In this document: piece after piece, positions 9,677 through 18,451 of the stretch
How positions within the stretch are numbered: the first letter of the stretch is position 1
Layout: each line of letters begins with the position of its first letter
IMG/VR virus record: IMGVR_UViG_3300021379_000425
Coordinates: 21,253 to 85,252 of that record
Source of the DNA: a virus
DNA length: 64,000 bases
Strand: one strand, 5' to 3'
Translations under genes and position numbers: made by a program
Notes under the pieces: model-generated
Database searches by the model: none
What the model was told of the DNA's origin: nothing
Seen by the model: only the letters and a program-made list of their open reading frames with translations

Positions 9677-10120
9677 ATTATTTAATTCTTGGAGGATTTC
9701 GTTGTAGAACTCCTGCCTCTCGTCTAGTATCGTAAACCACTCTTCTTTCATCGCAGGTCGCATGTAATGTGTCATAAGTAGACATGTTTCTTCATGGCTC
9801 CATGAGGGAAACATTGTTTTGAGTACAACATAGGCAACTCCGCCTGTCCTATCCCTACCGTGTACGCAATGTAGTAGTACATCCTTACCACCTCTCATTA
9901 GGTCTACAACCAATCGAACTGCATGACTCCATATCGCAGGGTCAGTATTATGCGCTCGGAAGTAATAGTGGTGTCGCTCATTGCTATCTGTCGAAGTCCA
10001 CTTAGGTTTGTATCTACACAAGGTAACAACAGTATGTTCCTTCTTGAGTGTATCACGGAAATCATCCACACCGCATAAGGTTAATGAACCCCTTCCTGCT
10101 AATTCCACTCTTCTATTCAT
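9662..10120 (-). CDS. Dual-specificity/tyrosine phosphatase (PTP fold)
   Basis: VLLHCVHGRDRTG = HCxxGxxR active-site loop; start refined to ATG 10120. Confidence 0.85.
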   Translation of the reverse strand: MNRRVELAGRGSLTLCGVDDFRDTLKKEHTVVTLCRYKPKWTSTDSNERHHYYFRAHNTDPAIWSHAVRLVVDLMRGGKDVLLHCVHGRDRTGGVAYVVLKTMFPSWSHEETCLLMTHYMRPAMKEEWFTILDERQEFYNEILQELNNDYLN

Positions 10121-10556
10121 AGAATCTCTCCGAAAATTCAATCTTACAATCCCTGCATGTCCTGTGGTCGTCAGCATCGTAGTCTTCTCCTACGCATGAC
10201 GGGCAACAGCCGCACTGCCTACCATCTTCAAAGAGGTAGAAGCCATCGCATTTGTCACAGAACTCTACAAGTTCACATTCCTTGATGAAAGTAACCAAGT
10301 CGTTTAGGTATGCCCTTGTAGCAACTAATTGTCCTGCTAGGCTCTTACACTTCGCTAGAAGTTTTGGTGCGTCTGCTATCAGTTGTGCATCTGCCTCAGC
10401 GTATTTGTTTTCAACTTCAACTTCCGCTAACACTTCGTTAGTGTGTGTAGTCAAAGGGGATTCAATTACTATTGCGCTTATTTCCTCACCGACTTTGTGA
10501 ACATCAACAGTCCACGGTGCAGGTGTGTGTCCTTCGTATTTCTTTGCATTAATCAC
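10113..10556 (-). CDS. MIxxxKYEGH family protein with Cys-rich C-terminus
   Basis: KYEGHTPAPW...ADAQLIADAPKLL; several CxxC. Confidence 0.65.
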   Translation of the reverse strand: MINAKKYEGHTPAPWTVDVHKVGEEISAIVIESPLTTHTNEVLAEVEVENKYAEADAQLIADAPKLLAKCKSLAGQLVATRAYLNDLVTFIKECELVEFCDKCDGFYLFEDGRQCGCCPSCVGEDYDADDHRTCRDCKIEFSERFYE

Positions 10557-10665
10557 TCTTGTTCAACTCCTTCAATTCTTTCTGTATCTCGTGCAGTGAC
10601 ATAGCAAACCAGCCCACCCATGCACCAAAATATGCTAACAGAAATATTACTGTGTAATCACTCAT
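10549..10665 (-). CDS. Small single-TM protein (38 aa)
   Basis: Manual translation MSDYTVIFLLAYFGAWVGWFAMSLHEIQKELKELNKSD; fills the gap between coupled genes. Confidence 0.5.
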   Translation of the reverse strand: MSDYTVIFLLAYFGAWVGWFAMSLHEIQKELKELNKSD

Positions 10666-10981
10666 TCTTCTTCACCCCCCAGTATTTGTCATGGCATTTC
10701 TGTGAACAGAAATGTGTATCTTCAAAATCCTCGTCTGTAATCCAACCATCTAAACTGTCAGTTGTAGTTTGGCACTGGTCGCAAGTGTACGATACCTCTT
10801 GCTCACCATCTATTACTAAGGTATAGTACTCATTAATATCCCAAGAGTAGTCTGTTCTTCTTTCTTCACCGCATCTGTCACATGTCGCTTCTACCTGTAC
10901 ATGTACAATACCATCGCTATCACTAGGTCTGTACGGTATACTGTAACTCCACATGTGGTCGCATTCTATTTGTTCTTTCAT
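10658..10981 (-). CDS. Zn-finger hypothetical protein
   Basis: CDH, CDRC, CDQC and FCSQKC. Confidence 0.6.
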   Translation of the reverse strand: MKEQIECDHMWSYSIPYRPSDSDGIVHVQVEATCDRCGEERRTDYSWDINEYYTLVIDGEQEVSYTCDQCQTTTDSLDGWITDEDFEDTHFCSQKCHDKYWGVKKNE

Positions 10982-11268
10982 TCTTCTTCCTCTCCATATT
11001 GTTCTTTTACCCATTCTTTTGCCATATCTTGATACTCTTTTGCTATTTCAAAATAATTACCTTCTAAAGTAAGATAACCAAGTTCTACGCAGGGGTATCT
11101 TAATTCCTTGTGCCACGGTGAGCCACGACTACATGCCTCCATCCATGAACCTACAACTGCTTTCTCTAGTCTTCTTAGTCGCTCTAATTCATCTGCAATC
11201 TTCCATGCTAGTTCAATAAGATGTTTGTGACCATCAAACATCTGTGCCATTTCGTCTTTCTCAGTCAT
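10978..11268 (-). CDS. Hypothetical protein
   Basis: Coupled ORF ending EEEE. Confidence 0.55.
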   Translation of the reverse strand: MTEKDEMAQMFDGHKHLIELAWKIADELERLRRLEKAVVGSWMEACSRGSPWHKELRYPCVELGYLTLEGNYFEIAKEYQDMAKEWVKEQYGEEEE

Positions 11269-11561
11269 TCTTCTTCACTTCCTGTATCTCTAAATTCTGT
11301 CCATGAATCGTACACTTGCTCTTCCGCTATGTCGAACTTGACATGCGCTTCCAGCCCGCATACTCTACAAACAAACGGTACACGGAATCCATTCTTGTCA
11401 TATCTAGGTGAATGTATACCCGATGGAATCCACTCGTGGGTGACGGGGCATACTACACTACTGTATCCAGTAGCCTCCCACTCCCCCAGCCTAGCCATTC
11501 TCTCTTGCAGTGCAAGCATTTCATTTCTCAATTGAGTCTTGTAATCGTCTGTCTTTGTCAT
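11265..11561 (-). CDS. Hypothetical protein
   Basis: Coupled ORF; CRVCG. Confidence 0.55.
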   Translation of the reverse strand: MTKTDDYKTQLRNEMLALQERMARLGEWEATGYSSVVCPVTHEWIPSGIHSPRYDKNGFRVPFVCRVCGLEAHVKFDIAEEQVYDSWTEFRDTGSEEE

Positions 11562-11974
11562 TCTTCTTCACCTCTCACAGTAAATTCAATTGGTTCGCTT
11601 GATACCTTAGTTTCGTCATCCCATTTGTATGAGTATGGAATAAATGTGGAAATTGAACCACCATCGGGGGCAGTAAAAACACCATGCTGATTCAAGAATT
11701 GATAATCTAAATCATGCTTGGACATGAAGTTCATGGCACAATGAACAAAGCGATTCAGCCGCTTGACTTCTGCTAGTAAATCGGGTGCGGCGGCTATCAG
11801 TTTAGCGTTCCTTGCTTGTACATCTTTGTATAGAGGGTGATAATCTAAATAGCAAACATGCTCATCTGCGATTTCATTATTACCTTTTACTCTCACTTCA
11901 TCTTTACGGACACTTTCATGGTGTACCACAAACCAACTGCTATCATGTCCTTCGTACTTGCTCGTATCAATCAT
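11558..11974 (-). CDS. MIDTSKYEG family protein
   Basis: ATG at 11974; NAKLIAAAPDLLAEVKRL. Confidence 0.65.
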   Translation of the reverse strand: MIDTSKYEGHDSSWFVVHHESVRKDEVRVKGNNEIADEHVCYLDYHPLYKDVQARNAKLIAAAPDLLAEVKRLNRFVHCAMNFMSKHDLDYQFLNQHGVFTAPDGGSISTFIPYSYKWDDETKVSSEPIEFTVRGEEE

Positions 11975-11979
11975 TCTTC

Positions 11980-12300
11980 TCATTTGTAAACACCTCTTTG
12001 TAGTCCAAACATGACATGCCAAACATCCATGCAAGCATTAGCATATTCAATGTCGCTGATTGTGTTCTTGAAGTTGTCATACTGCATGTCATTGAATCTC
12101 TTCGATACAACCTCAATCACTTTGTCTCTCGGTATCTCAGCCCTGTACAAGTAATCGGCAGTCGGGTCAGTGAACATGACACCCTTGCCAAAGATACGAG
12201 GTATGGTTCTCTCCTGCCTTGCCCTTACCAGTAGCATGTCGGGATTACTACGGTGAGCAACAATGCTCAACCATCCTTCTGTAAACGCCAGCCACATCAC
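11980..12300 (-). CDS. Conserved phage hypothetical protein
   Basis: MW...GWLSIV...LLVRAR...ADYLYRA...YDNFK pattern. Confidence 0.65.
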   Translation of the reverse strand: MMWLAFTEGWLSIVAHRSNPDMLLVRARQERTIPRIFGKGVMFTDPTADYLYRAEIPRDKVIEVVSKRFNDMQYDNFKNTISDIEYANACMDVWHVMFGLQRGVYK

Positions 12301-12464
12301 TCAGCACTCTCCAATTCTTTTAACACACTTTTCAAACAGTCATGAAATCTTTTTGCATCAATAACAAATTTCTTCTTGGTGTATTCTCTTGATTCTACTT
12401 GCCAATATTTTTCGGGGTACATTCTCAGTAGTTCTTTTATCATCTCTATTGCTTTTTCTTCCAT
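12297..12464 (-). CDS. Hypothetical protein (55 aa)
   Basis: Manual translation MEEKAIEMIKELLRMYPEK...; fills the gap and is coupled. Confidence 0.5.
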   Translation of the reverse strand: MEEKAIEMIKELLRMYPEKYWQVESREYTKKKFVIDAKRFHDCLKSVLKELESAE

Positions 12465-12465
12465 C

Positions 12466-12933
12466 TCAATTCCTCCTGTAAATGTAGTAGTCTATGTCAT
12501 CAATCTGCACATGATTTTCTTCATGGTCATAAGACGCAAGGAAATGTCCTCGCCCATCACAACGCACTGCATCTTCAACAAAGTAATCGAAGTCTTTTAT
12601 CATCGCCTTGAGTGGTTCATTAGCACCCTCACATTCTTTTTGGATTATCTCAATTGCGTCAGCGTCAACTCCTGTGTGTGCTTGTAAGAATGATGGTGTG
12701 AATGCCCATACTAATTCTTCAATCTCTTCTCTTACCCATTCGTCTGCTTGCTCATCAGTTAGCACTAAGGTATCTTCCATGTCAATTTCATGTTGTGCAT
12801 CTTCTAACTCACTTGCAGTGAGTTTTCCCCTGTGCAATGCTAAAGCGACTGCCTCAGTAGAAGCATTTGTATCATCCAATGTGTTCCTCCATAGGTCTTC
12901 TTTCAATTTATCATATTCGTATTTCATATTCAT
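12466..12933 (-). CDS. Acidic conserved phage protein
   Basis: VLTDEQAD...DGRGHFLASYDHEE pattern; very acidic. Confidence 0.65.
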   Translation of the reverse strand: MNMKYEYDKLKEDLWRNTLDDTNASTEAVALALHRGKLTASELEDAQHEIDMEDTLVLTDEQADEWVREEIEELVWAFTPSFLQAHTGVDADAIEIIQKECEGANEPLKAMIKDFDYFVEDAVRCDGRGHFLASYDHEENHVQIDDIDYYIYRRN

Positions 12934-13139
12934 TCCTCCTTATCCTTTTTTATCAATCTCATAATTCTCTTGAATTCTTTTTCCTCAAACACCTTTTCGA
13001 TTATGTCTCTCAAGTCACCGTGAAGACTACACATTTCGTCATACTCCAAATCGTAAGCATGACAAAATGCATTTGTCTCATGTTCTAAGTAAGTCCATGT
13101 GGTTAGTATGTAGTCTGCCAAATAGTACATCATGTTCAT
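12930..13139 (-). CDS. Hypothetical protein
   Basis: Coupled ORF. Confidence 0.5.
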   Translation of the reverse strand: MNMMYYLADYILTTWTYLEHETNAFCHAYDLEYDEMCSLHGDLRDIIEKVFEEKEFKRIMRLIKKDKEE

Positions 13140-13381
13140 TCATATTCCTCCTGCTCTACATGTACCCACTCTTCGGTTACATTGACTGGTACATTGATGT
13201 CAAATTGTTGACCGCACTCATTACCTTCTTCGTCTTCTTGTTCGCAGTACATTACAAAATCAAAGACAATTCCATTGTCTCCCATGTCCACCATGTCAGG
13301 ATTGAGATAATCTAAATCCCACACTATGTCTACTATCGTTGTCTTGCCACATTTGTTACATGTTATCTTCATTGCTTTCAC
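13136..13381 (-). CDS. Small acidic Zn-ribbon protein
   Basis: CNKCG...C...ECG; lies just downstream of promoter copy 3. Confidence 0.55.
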   Translation of the reverse strand: MKAMKITCNKCGKTTIVDIVWDLDYLNPDMVDMGDNGIVFDFVMYCEQEDEEGNECGQQFDINVPVNVTEEWVHVEQEEYE

Positions 13382-13420
13382 TCATCCTTTTGGTTTGGTT
13401 GGTATTTCCAACCTTATTCT

Positions 13421-13440
13421 CTTTATCAGTTTAAATAGTC
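13421..13440 (-). promoter_or_regulatory. Early promoter motif, copy 3
   Basis: Exact 20-bp match. Confidence 0.75.
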
Positions 13441-13451
13441 AGTAATTAAAA

Positions 13452-14102
13452 CTAGGCTACTCGCCTCGCCAAATCCTGCACTCGCTGTTGCATTATGTTA
13501 CGAGTTTGATTATCTCGTAAGTGTTGAAGCGCATCTTCCATTGCTGATTGCCCTCCGTGAATATCGTAAGACCTTCCTATGTCTTGTTCTGTTATACCTG
13601 CTAATGCAGGATTCTTTTCTCGTAGTGTATCTAGTTCACCTACGCTTGTAGCAAACGCACCACCTTTCGGTGCGCCCATTGCCCTGTACTTCCCAGCCCC
13701 GCCTACATCAACATAGGAGAGTGTACCATCGGGTCTTCGTATTGCATTGTCGCCCTCCATCCCTAGTACATCCCAGTTCGCTACAAGGGCGTGGGGTACA
13801 AAGTCTGTCGTCAGTTGGCGTATGTCTTGTTGTGTAGGATTGTATCCTACTGGTTGTCCTGCCTCCATTTCTGTGAGCATAGTATCACCTTGTAGTCCTG
13901 CTCGTGGTACTGCCACTCCCAACGCATTGAGATATTGATTCATGTCAAATTCATTTTGTATATGGTCGGGGTGTGCGCCACGCTTCTCTACAAATCTACC
14001 CATTGGTAGGTCGTGTCCTCTTGCGCCAGTCGAGCCACCCATGAACCTACCCTGTGGTTGGTTCTGCCTTAGATAGTCAAAGGCTTCATCGAATGCGCTC
14101 AT
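13452..14102 (-). CDS. PI3/4-kinase/HipA-like kinase-fold protein with N-terminal tag
   Basis: GGSTGA loop, FVEK, NE, ALVANWDV..DN and YVDVGG motifs; starts MSAFDEAFDYLR. Confidence 0.6.
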   Translation of the reverse strand: MSAFDEAFDYLRQNQPQGRFMGGSTGARGHDLPMGRFVEKRGAHPDHIQNEFDMNQYLNALGVAVPRAGLQGDTMLTEMEAGQPVGYNPTQQDIRQLTTDFVPHALVANWDVLGMEGDNAIRRPDGTLSYVDVGGAGKYRAMGAPKGGAFATSVGELDTLREKNPALAGITEQDIGRSYDIHGGQSAMEDALQHLRDNQTRNIMQQRVQDLARRVA

Positions 14103-14127
14103 GACTATCGCAAGGATTCACCATTAA

Positions 14128-14343
14128 TTATTCTTCTTCGCAAGCGGAAGGCATCCTGTATGATGGAACTAACATTCTCTCGTCACGGAATGCCTGCCAG
14201 CCAGTAGGAGTCTTTACCATTAAATCTCCAACATATATCTGTGGCATACTATTTACTTCAATTACCTGTGAAATAAATTTCGATATTTGTTCGCACCTTA
14301 TCCATGCATGTCTTCCTTGCTTTATCTTAAACTTCCTTGTCAT
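14128..14343 (-). CDS. Hypothetical protein
   Basis: Coupled ORF ending EEE. Confidence 0.5.
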   Translation of the reverse strand: MTRKFKIKQGRHAWIRCEQISKFISQVIEVNSMPQIYVGDLMVKTPTGWQAFRDERMLVPSYRMPSACEEE

Positions 14344-15119
14344 TCTTTCACCTCTCTTTTACTTACTATCAAAATCTCATTTGACTCTTTACTACTGTTC
14401 ATTCCGTACTTCCATTCAAGCGGAATAATTTCAAAGTCACTATACCACTTCTCGATTTGTTCATTACCATTGTAGGACATGACTATTTTCCAGCCCAGCG
14501 CATCCAGTCCTTTGACAACTTTGACTAATGCTTTGTGGTCGAAGTCTTTGTGCATGTCACCTTTGTTACCGTACAAATTATTCTCTATCATGTAAGGCGG
14601 GTCAAGGTAAATCACTTTGCCCGATGGTTCTTCTCCCATCAACATTCGTAGGAAAGTGAATGCATCATTGTGACCTACCTGCACATTCGGTGCTTCAAAA
14701 TATCTCAGCCTGTCAATGGATGCTTGATTGAATCTTGGATGGTCGGGTGACATACCTCCCGAATTAGTTGAACCCGAAAAGGATGCCCTGTTTAGAACAT
14801 AGAACATAGAAGCAATGTCAAGAGGCTTCCATGTCTTAGGTAACTTTTCTTGTAAGGATTTGAATTCATCCTTTGACAATGGGTGATACTCTTCCACCTT
14901 GTCTGCTAAACTGATTGGGTCTTTGAGTACCTGTTGCCAAAACATTGCGACTGGTTTGTACAAGTCACAACCGATGACCTTACCTTTCTCGGAGAAAGCA
15001 AACTCGATTGAGCCTCCCCCAAAGAAGGGAGAGTACAATGTGTCTGCGCCCTCAAGGTAAGGTAGGATGTGCTTGACTGCCCTACTCTTACCACCGACAT
15101 ATCTTAGAATACTCTTCAC
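14340..15119 (-). CDS. DNA adenine methyltransferase (Dam/D12 class)
   Basis: LRYVGGKS, SPFFGGGS (motif I) and YLDPPY (motif IV). Confidence 0.92.
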   Translation of the reverse strand: MKSILRYVGGKSRAVKHILPYLEGADTLYSPFFGGGSIEFAFSEKGKVIGCDLYKPVAMFWQQVLKDPISLADKVEEYHPLSKDEFKSLQEKLPKTWKPLDIASMFYVLNRASFSGSTNSGGMSPDHPRFNQASIDRLRYFEAPNVQVGHNDAFTFLRMLMGEEPSGKVIYLDPPYMIENNLYGNKGDMHKDFDHKALVKVVKGLDALGWKIVMSYNGNEQIEKWYSDFEIIPLEWKYGMNSSKESNEILIVSKREVKE

Positions 15120-15409
15120 GCCGTCACCTCCACGCCTTCTTCATCTCCTAACACAGACCAATCAAACTCACCGTCTGCTTTCCATCGAATGACCCAACTT
15201 TTAGGAACATACTTGATATGCTCTTTGTGTAGTTTGACTCTTTGGTGAAGTCGGTTTGAATCACCATGAGCAGGGCATAAGCCCCACTCCATGTCTCCTT
15301 CATGTTTATCCCACTTCGGAGTTCGCTCGATGAAGTATGGCTCTTGTTCATCACCACACTCCATACAATACCAACTCATCTTGAGTGAATGGTACTGTCT
15401 TTTACTCAC
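15116..15409 (-). CDS. Hypothetical Zn-binding protein
   Basis: GTG start within the junction repeat; CMECG...CPAH. Confidence 0.55.
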   Translation of the reverse strand: MSKRQYHSLKMSWYCMECGDEQEPYFIERTPKWDKHEGDMEWGLCPAHGDSNRLHQRVKLHKEHIKYVPKSWVIRWKADGEFDWSVLGDEEGVEVTA

Positions 15410-15579
15410 GCCGTCACCTCCACGCCTTTTTCTTTCAACCATTTGATAATATCATTCACATCTCGTTCAGCCAAATCCCACTGTTCATCGGCTCTATAAT
15501 TATCACGCTCTTGAATGAACCTTTGATAACTGATACCTCTTTCAACAAGTTGCCACAACATAGTTTCTGTAATTTTCAC
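15406..15579 (-). CDS. Hypothetical protein (57 aa)
   Basis: Bounded on both sides by junction repeats. Confidence 0.55.
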   Translation of the reverse strand: MKITETMLWQLVERGISYQRFIQERDNYRADEQWDLAERDVNDIIKWLKEKGVEVTA

Positions 15580-16121
15580 GCCGTCACCTCCACGCCTCGC
15601 CACCAGTCGGGAGCAGGTGTACCCTTCTCCCACTTGGCGAACTGCTTGGAATGGTAGTATCTTCTGTATGCATTGACCGCTACCTGCCCCTCCGCATGAT
15701 ACAAGTCTTGCCAGTTGTTGTCAACTGGTCTGTACTCATCGGGCATTGCTAGAGCAAATGGTGTTTTGTCACCACTGGGTAGCATACTTGTCATGGCAGA
15801 CATTTGGTAGATTGCATTGTGGCATGTGTGTACCTTACCGAACCTGTTGTAGTATTCGTCAAGCAGTGCCTCCCCATGCCATGCAAGCCACTGGAAGTTA
15901 CCTACTGAGTCACCAGCCCATACTGTGCAAGGGTGATGGGCATAGCCACCCTTGTAGGGTGTACCACTCTTGGTAAGTGGCATCTGCTCATCAGTCGCAC
16001 CGTGTCTTCTCAATGCACTAGCCATCATCTGCGCTGTCTCAACAACCATCTTTGGTATGTGCTTGTCGCACATCATGTTTGCCGATGTGAATGCGTTCTC
16101 GTGTAATACAAATATGTTCAT
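15576..16121 (-). CDS. Pyrimidine-dimer DNA glycosylase / T4 endonuclease V-like protein
   Basis: MNIFVL...CDKHIPKMVVETAQM...HHPCTVW...EYYNRFGKVH...AYRRYY. Confidence 0.8.
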   Translation of the reverse strand: MNIFVLHENAFTSANMMCDKHIPKMVVETAQMMASALRRHGATDEQMPLTKSGTPYKGGYAHHPCTVWAGDSVGNFQWLAWHGEALLDEYYNRFGKVHTCHNAIYQMSAMTSMLPSGDKTPFALAMPDEYRPVDNNWQDLYHAEGQVAVNAYRRYYHSKQFAKWEKGTPAPDWWRGVEVTA

Positions 16122-16564
16122 TCTATCAATTCCTTCAATAAACTATTTGAAAGAGAAACCTTCTTTTGATAATCGGAATAAGCCCCTTCGTATTTGCTTT
16201 CCCCGTTAGTAAGAGAAAGCACTTCTTTCATCTTTTTCAATCTCTTTATGTTGCTTTCAATGCTATTTAACGCTCCAATCATGTCAGCAATTAACATGAA
16301 TTCATCTTGTGCGAAATATGTTTTCTCTTCATCAGTTTGAATATGCTCATCCCAATTGTGAATAGGTTTTACTAAAACAACTGTACCTTGTTTTTTTCTC
16401 TCCCACAAATGATGCACTCTATTCATTCTGTGATATACTGTTACTTTTCCTGTATCGGACAAGGAAATCATGTTTCTAAATTCCGCCCATCCTGTCTCAT
16501 CTTTGGCTTTGTCATACAAAGCAACCAATATATTCATCACTTCTTTATCATCGTTTATTCTCAT
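16118..16564 (-). CDS. Hypothetical protein
   Basis: Coupled ORF; start refined. Confidence 0.5.
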   Translation of the reverse strand: MRINDDKEVMNILVALYDKAKDETGWAEFRNMISLSDTGKVTVYHRMNRVHHLWERKKQGTVVLVKPIHNWDEHIQTDEEKTYFAQDEFMLIADMIGALNSIESNIKRLKKMKEVLSLTNGESKYEGAYSDYQKKVSLSNSLLKELIE

Positions 16565-16566
16565 TT

Positions 16567-16812
16567 TTATTCTCTCCCTAGTACTTTGTTTAGGCTGATT
16601 TGTGGGTCGCCTAACACCCATCTAAGTGAGTAGCAGACTCCCTGCAACCCCTTGTAGTCTCTCATGTGTTTCGCTTTCTCCTTCATTGAAGTATTTTTAT
16701 CGTGAATTAATTTTTTGTGCTTCGCCCTTTCAGCCTCAGCGAACTCTAACAACTGGTAGATTTCAGCCCACTCTTTATCGTAAGTGAATCTACTGTCGTC
16801 AATCATTTTCAT
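16567..16812 (-). CDS. Hypothetical protein
   Basis: KGLQGVCYSLRWVLGD. Confidence 0.6.
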   Translation of the reverse strand: MKMIDDSRFTYDKEWAEIYQLLEFAEAERAKHKKLIHDKNTSMKEKAKHMRDYKGLQGVCYSLRWVLGDPQISLNKVLGRE

Positions 16813-17089
16813 TCACCTCTCTTTCATAGCAGTAAAGACATTCGTAGTTACCGTCTTCATCTTTACCTAGTGTCTTACCACGCCAATATTCATAACAACC
16901 GTGACCGTCATCGGGTCTTTGACATACAGGACACCATCCTGCATGGACAACCATGTGTTGATAATACTGCCATTCAAGAAGACCGTAGCCATCAATCAAG
17001 TGTTTAACTATTACATCCTTCCAGTCGGACATGTACCTATGGTAATCTTCTTCTTTGGTGCATTCAGCCCATTCAGGTTTGTCAATCAT
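16799..17089 (-). CDS. Zn-finger hypothetical protein
   Basis: CPVC...CLYC. Confidence 0.55.
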   Translation of the reverse strand: MIDKPEWAECTKEEDYHRYMSDWKDVIVKHLIDGYGLLEWQYYQHMVVHAGWCPVCQRPDDGHGCYEYWRGKTLGKDEDGNYECLYCYEREVNEND

Positions 17090-17433
17090 CTTAATTCCTC
17101 AGCAATTGTTTCGTCTATTCCATCCATGAATACAGGTGCATCAATAGCCTCTAAATATCGGTTCAAGTCATGCTCGAAATGTTCTATGTGGTCATCATAT
17201 ACCTTCTGTGCTAACTCAACACATTCTTTCATTCTCTTTATCGCATAATTGAAATCGTGGTACACCTCTTCATAATCATCCATGTTACAATCACCAGTAT
17301 CTCTCACTGTTTCCCTAACTTGTGAAGAAGACTCCTTCACTTTACTGAATGCTTCGTCAATCAATTGTTGGTATCTCACTAAGCGACTCTCTAAGAATCG
17401 CAATTTGTTAGTCAAGAAATCATTCATGCCCAT
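17086..17433 (-). CDS. Coiled-coil hypothetical protein
   Basis: Coupled ORF. Confidence 0.55.
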   Translation of the reverse strand: MGMNDFLTNKLRFLESRLVRYQQLIDEAFSKVKESSSQVRETVRDTGDCNMDDYEEVYHDFNYAIKRMKECVELAQKVYDDHIEHFEHDLNRYLEAIDAPVFMDGIDETIAEELR

Positions 17434-18002
17434 TCCTCAGCGAAAGCACTATCATCAAACAGGTCAGCCTCATCATGCTTACGCAAGGGCAGTAGTAGCG
17501 AAGGCTTCATGTTCTTGATTTTCTTTACTGCATCCTCAAACCCATCGGGTAACTCGAATAGATATTCCTCGTCTTCGTCAATCAGCCCTGCATCCTTACC
17601 ATCAAGGAAAGCAATGTACGGTAGTATCATTGACTTACCCTCATCATCTACAAAGATGTCTTTGTCAATCTTGTACTCGGACTGTATCTCTACACGGAAG
17701 TTATTGTTAACGCCATCAACAACTGTATGAGGTATCAACATCACCCACGACATAGGTACATCGTGGAAGTTAGCAATGTGTTGTAATGTATGAACTAACT
17801 TGAACTTGACAGTCATGTTATCTTCCAGTGCCTCCAAAACAAATGTTTGTGTGGGATGAAAGGGATGCTTACTCGAATTACTTTTGAGTAGTGCTTTGTT
17901 GTGAAACTTCATTTCATCAAGCAAAGTATTCATCCACTTAGGCATACCATAAGATGAATCCATGTCATCATACAGTTGTTTTATTTTCTCGGTAAAAGTC
18001 AT
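17424..18002 (-). CDS. Hypothetical protein
   Basis: 192-aa coupled ORF. Confidence 0.6.
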   Translation of the reverse strand: MTFTEKIKQLYDDMDSSYGMPKWMNTLLDEMKFHNKALLKSNSSKHPFHPTQTFVLEALEDNMTVKFKLVHTLQHIANFHDVPMSWVMLIPHTVVDGVNNNFRVEIQSEYKIDKDIFVDDEGKSMILPYIAFLDGKDAGLIDEDEEYLFELPDGFEDAVKKIKNMKPSLLLPLRKHDEADLFDDSAFAEEWA

Positions 18003-18451
18003 TCCTCTTCATCCTCCATTACAAATCTGTTCTCATCCAATTCAGTGACGAGTCCTTCCTCAGTAGCGAAGTTAATCAGTGCGTTAGCACCCATATCCTT
18101 CTCATTCAAATCGAATTGCCATGCGTTGTCTTTGTTACCATTGTTGTCTGCAATATCCAAATACAATTGATAGCCGTCATTGTATTTGTACACAATCATG
18201 TGTCCACGCAAGTAGTCTTTCGCATTGGTAGCAAGAGACTCAACAGCGTATTCAAGGTAAGAGTTGTAGTCAATAGTAACACCCTGTGGTAGAGTGAGGT
18301 TGACTGCGAACCCGTACTCTCTATTGTATTCTGTTTCAGCATAACCTTGTATGTGAAGTGCTGATACACCGTTCACCATCTTCAATTGTAGTATTGCTTC
18401 GCCTTTCGTTAGTTCTTTTTGTTTATACCATTCGTCATTCATTTTATTCAC
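17999..18451 (-). CDS. Hypothetical protein
   Basis: 150-aa coupled ORF. Confidence 0.6.
   Translation of the reverse strand: MNKMNDEWYKQKELTKGEAILQLKMVNGVSALHIQGYAETEYNREYGFAVNLTLPQGVTIDYNSYLEYAVESLATNAKDYLRGHMIVYKYNDGYQLYLDIADNNGNKDNAWQFDLNEKDMGANALINFATEEGLVTELDENRFVMEDEEE

Larger units (their letters stand above)
15116..15597. repeat. Three identical 22-bp gene-junction repeats TCACGCCGTCACCTCCACGCCT (15116-15137, 15406-15427, 15576-15597)
   Basis: Read directly. On the minus strand each copy encodes GVEVTA-stop, an SD GGAGGTGA and an overlapping GTG start. Confidence 0.9.

Noticed and set aside
15116-15597. 22-bp direct repeats as a CRISPR array
   Set aside because: The intervals are 148 and 268 bp and are genes; the repeat is an SD/stop/start junction; no cas genes are present.
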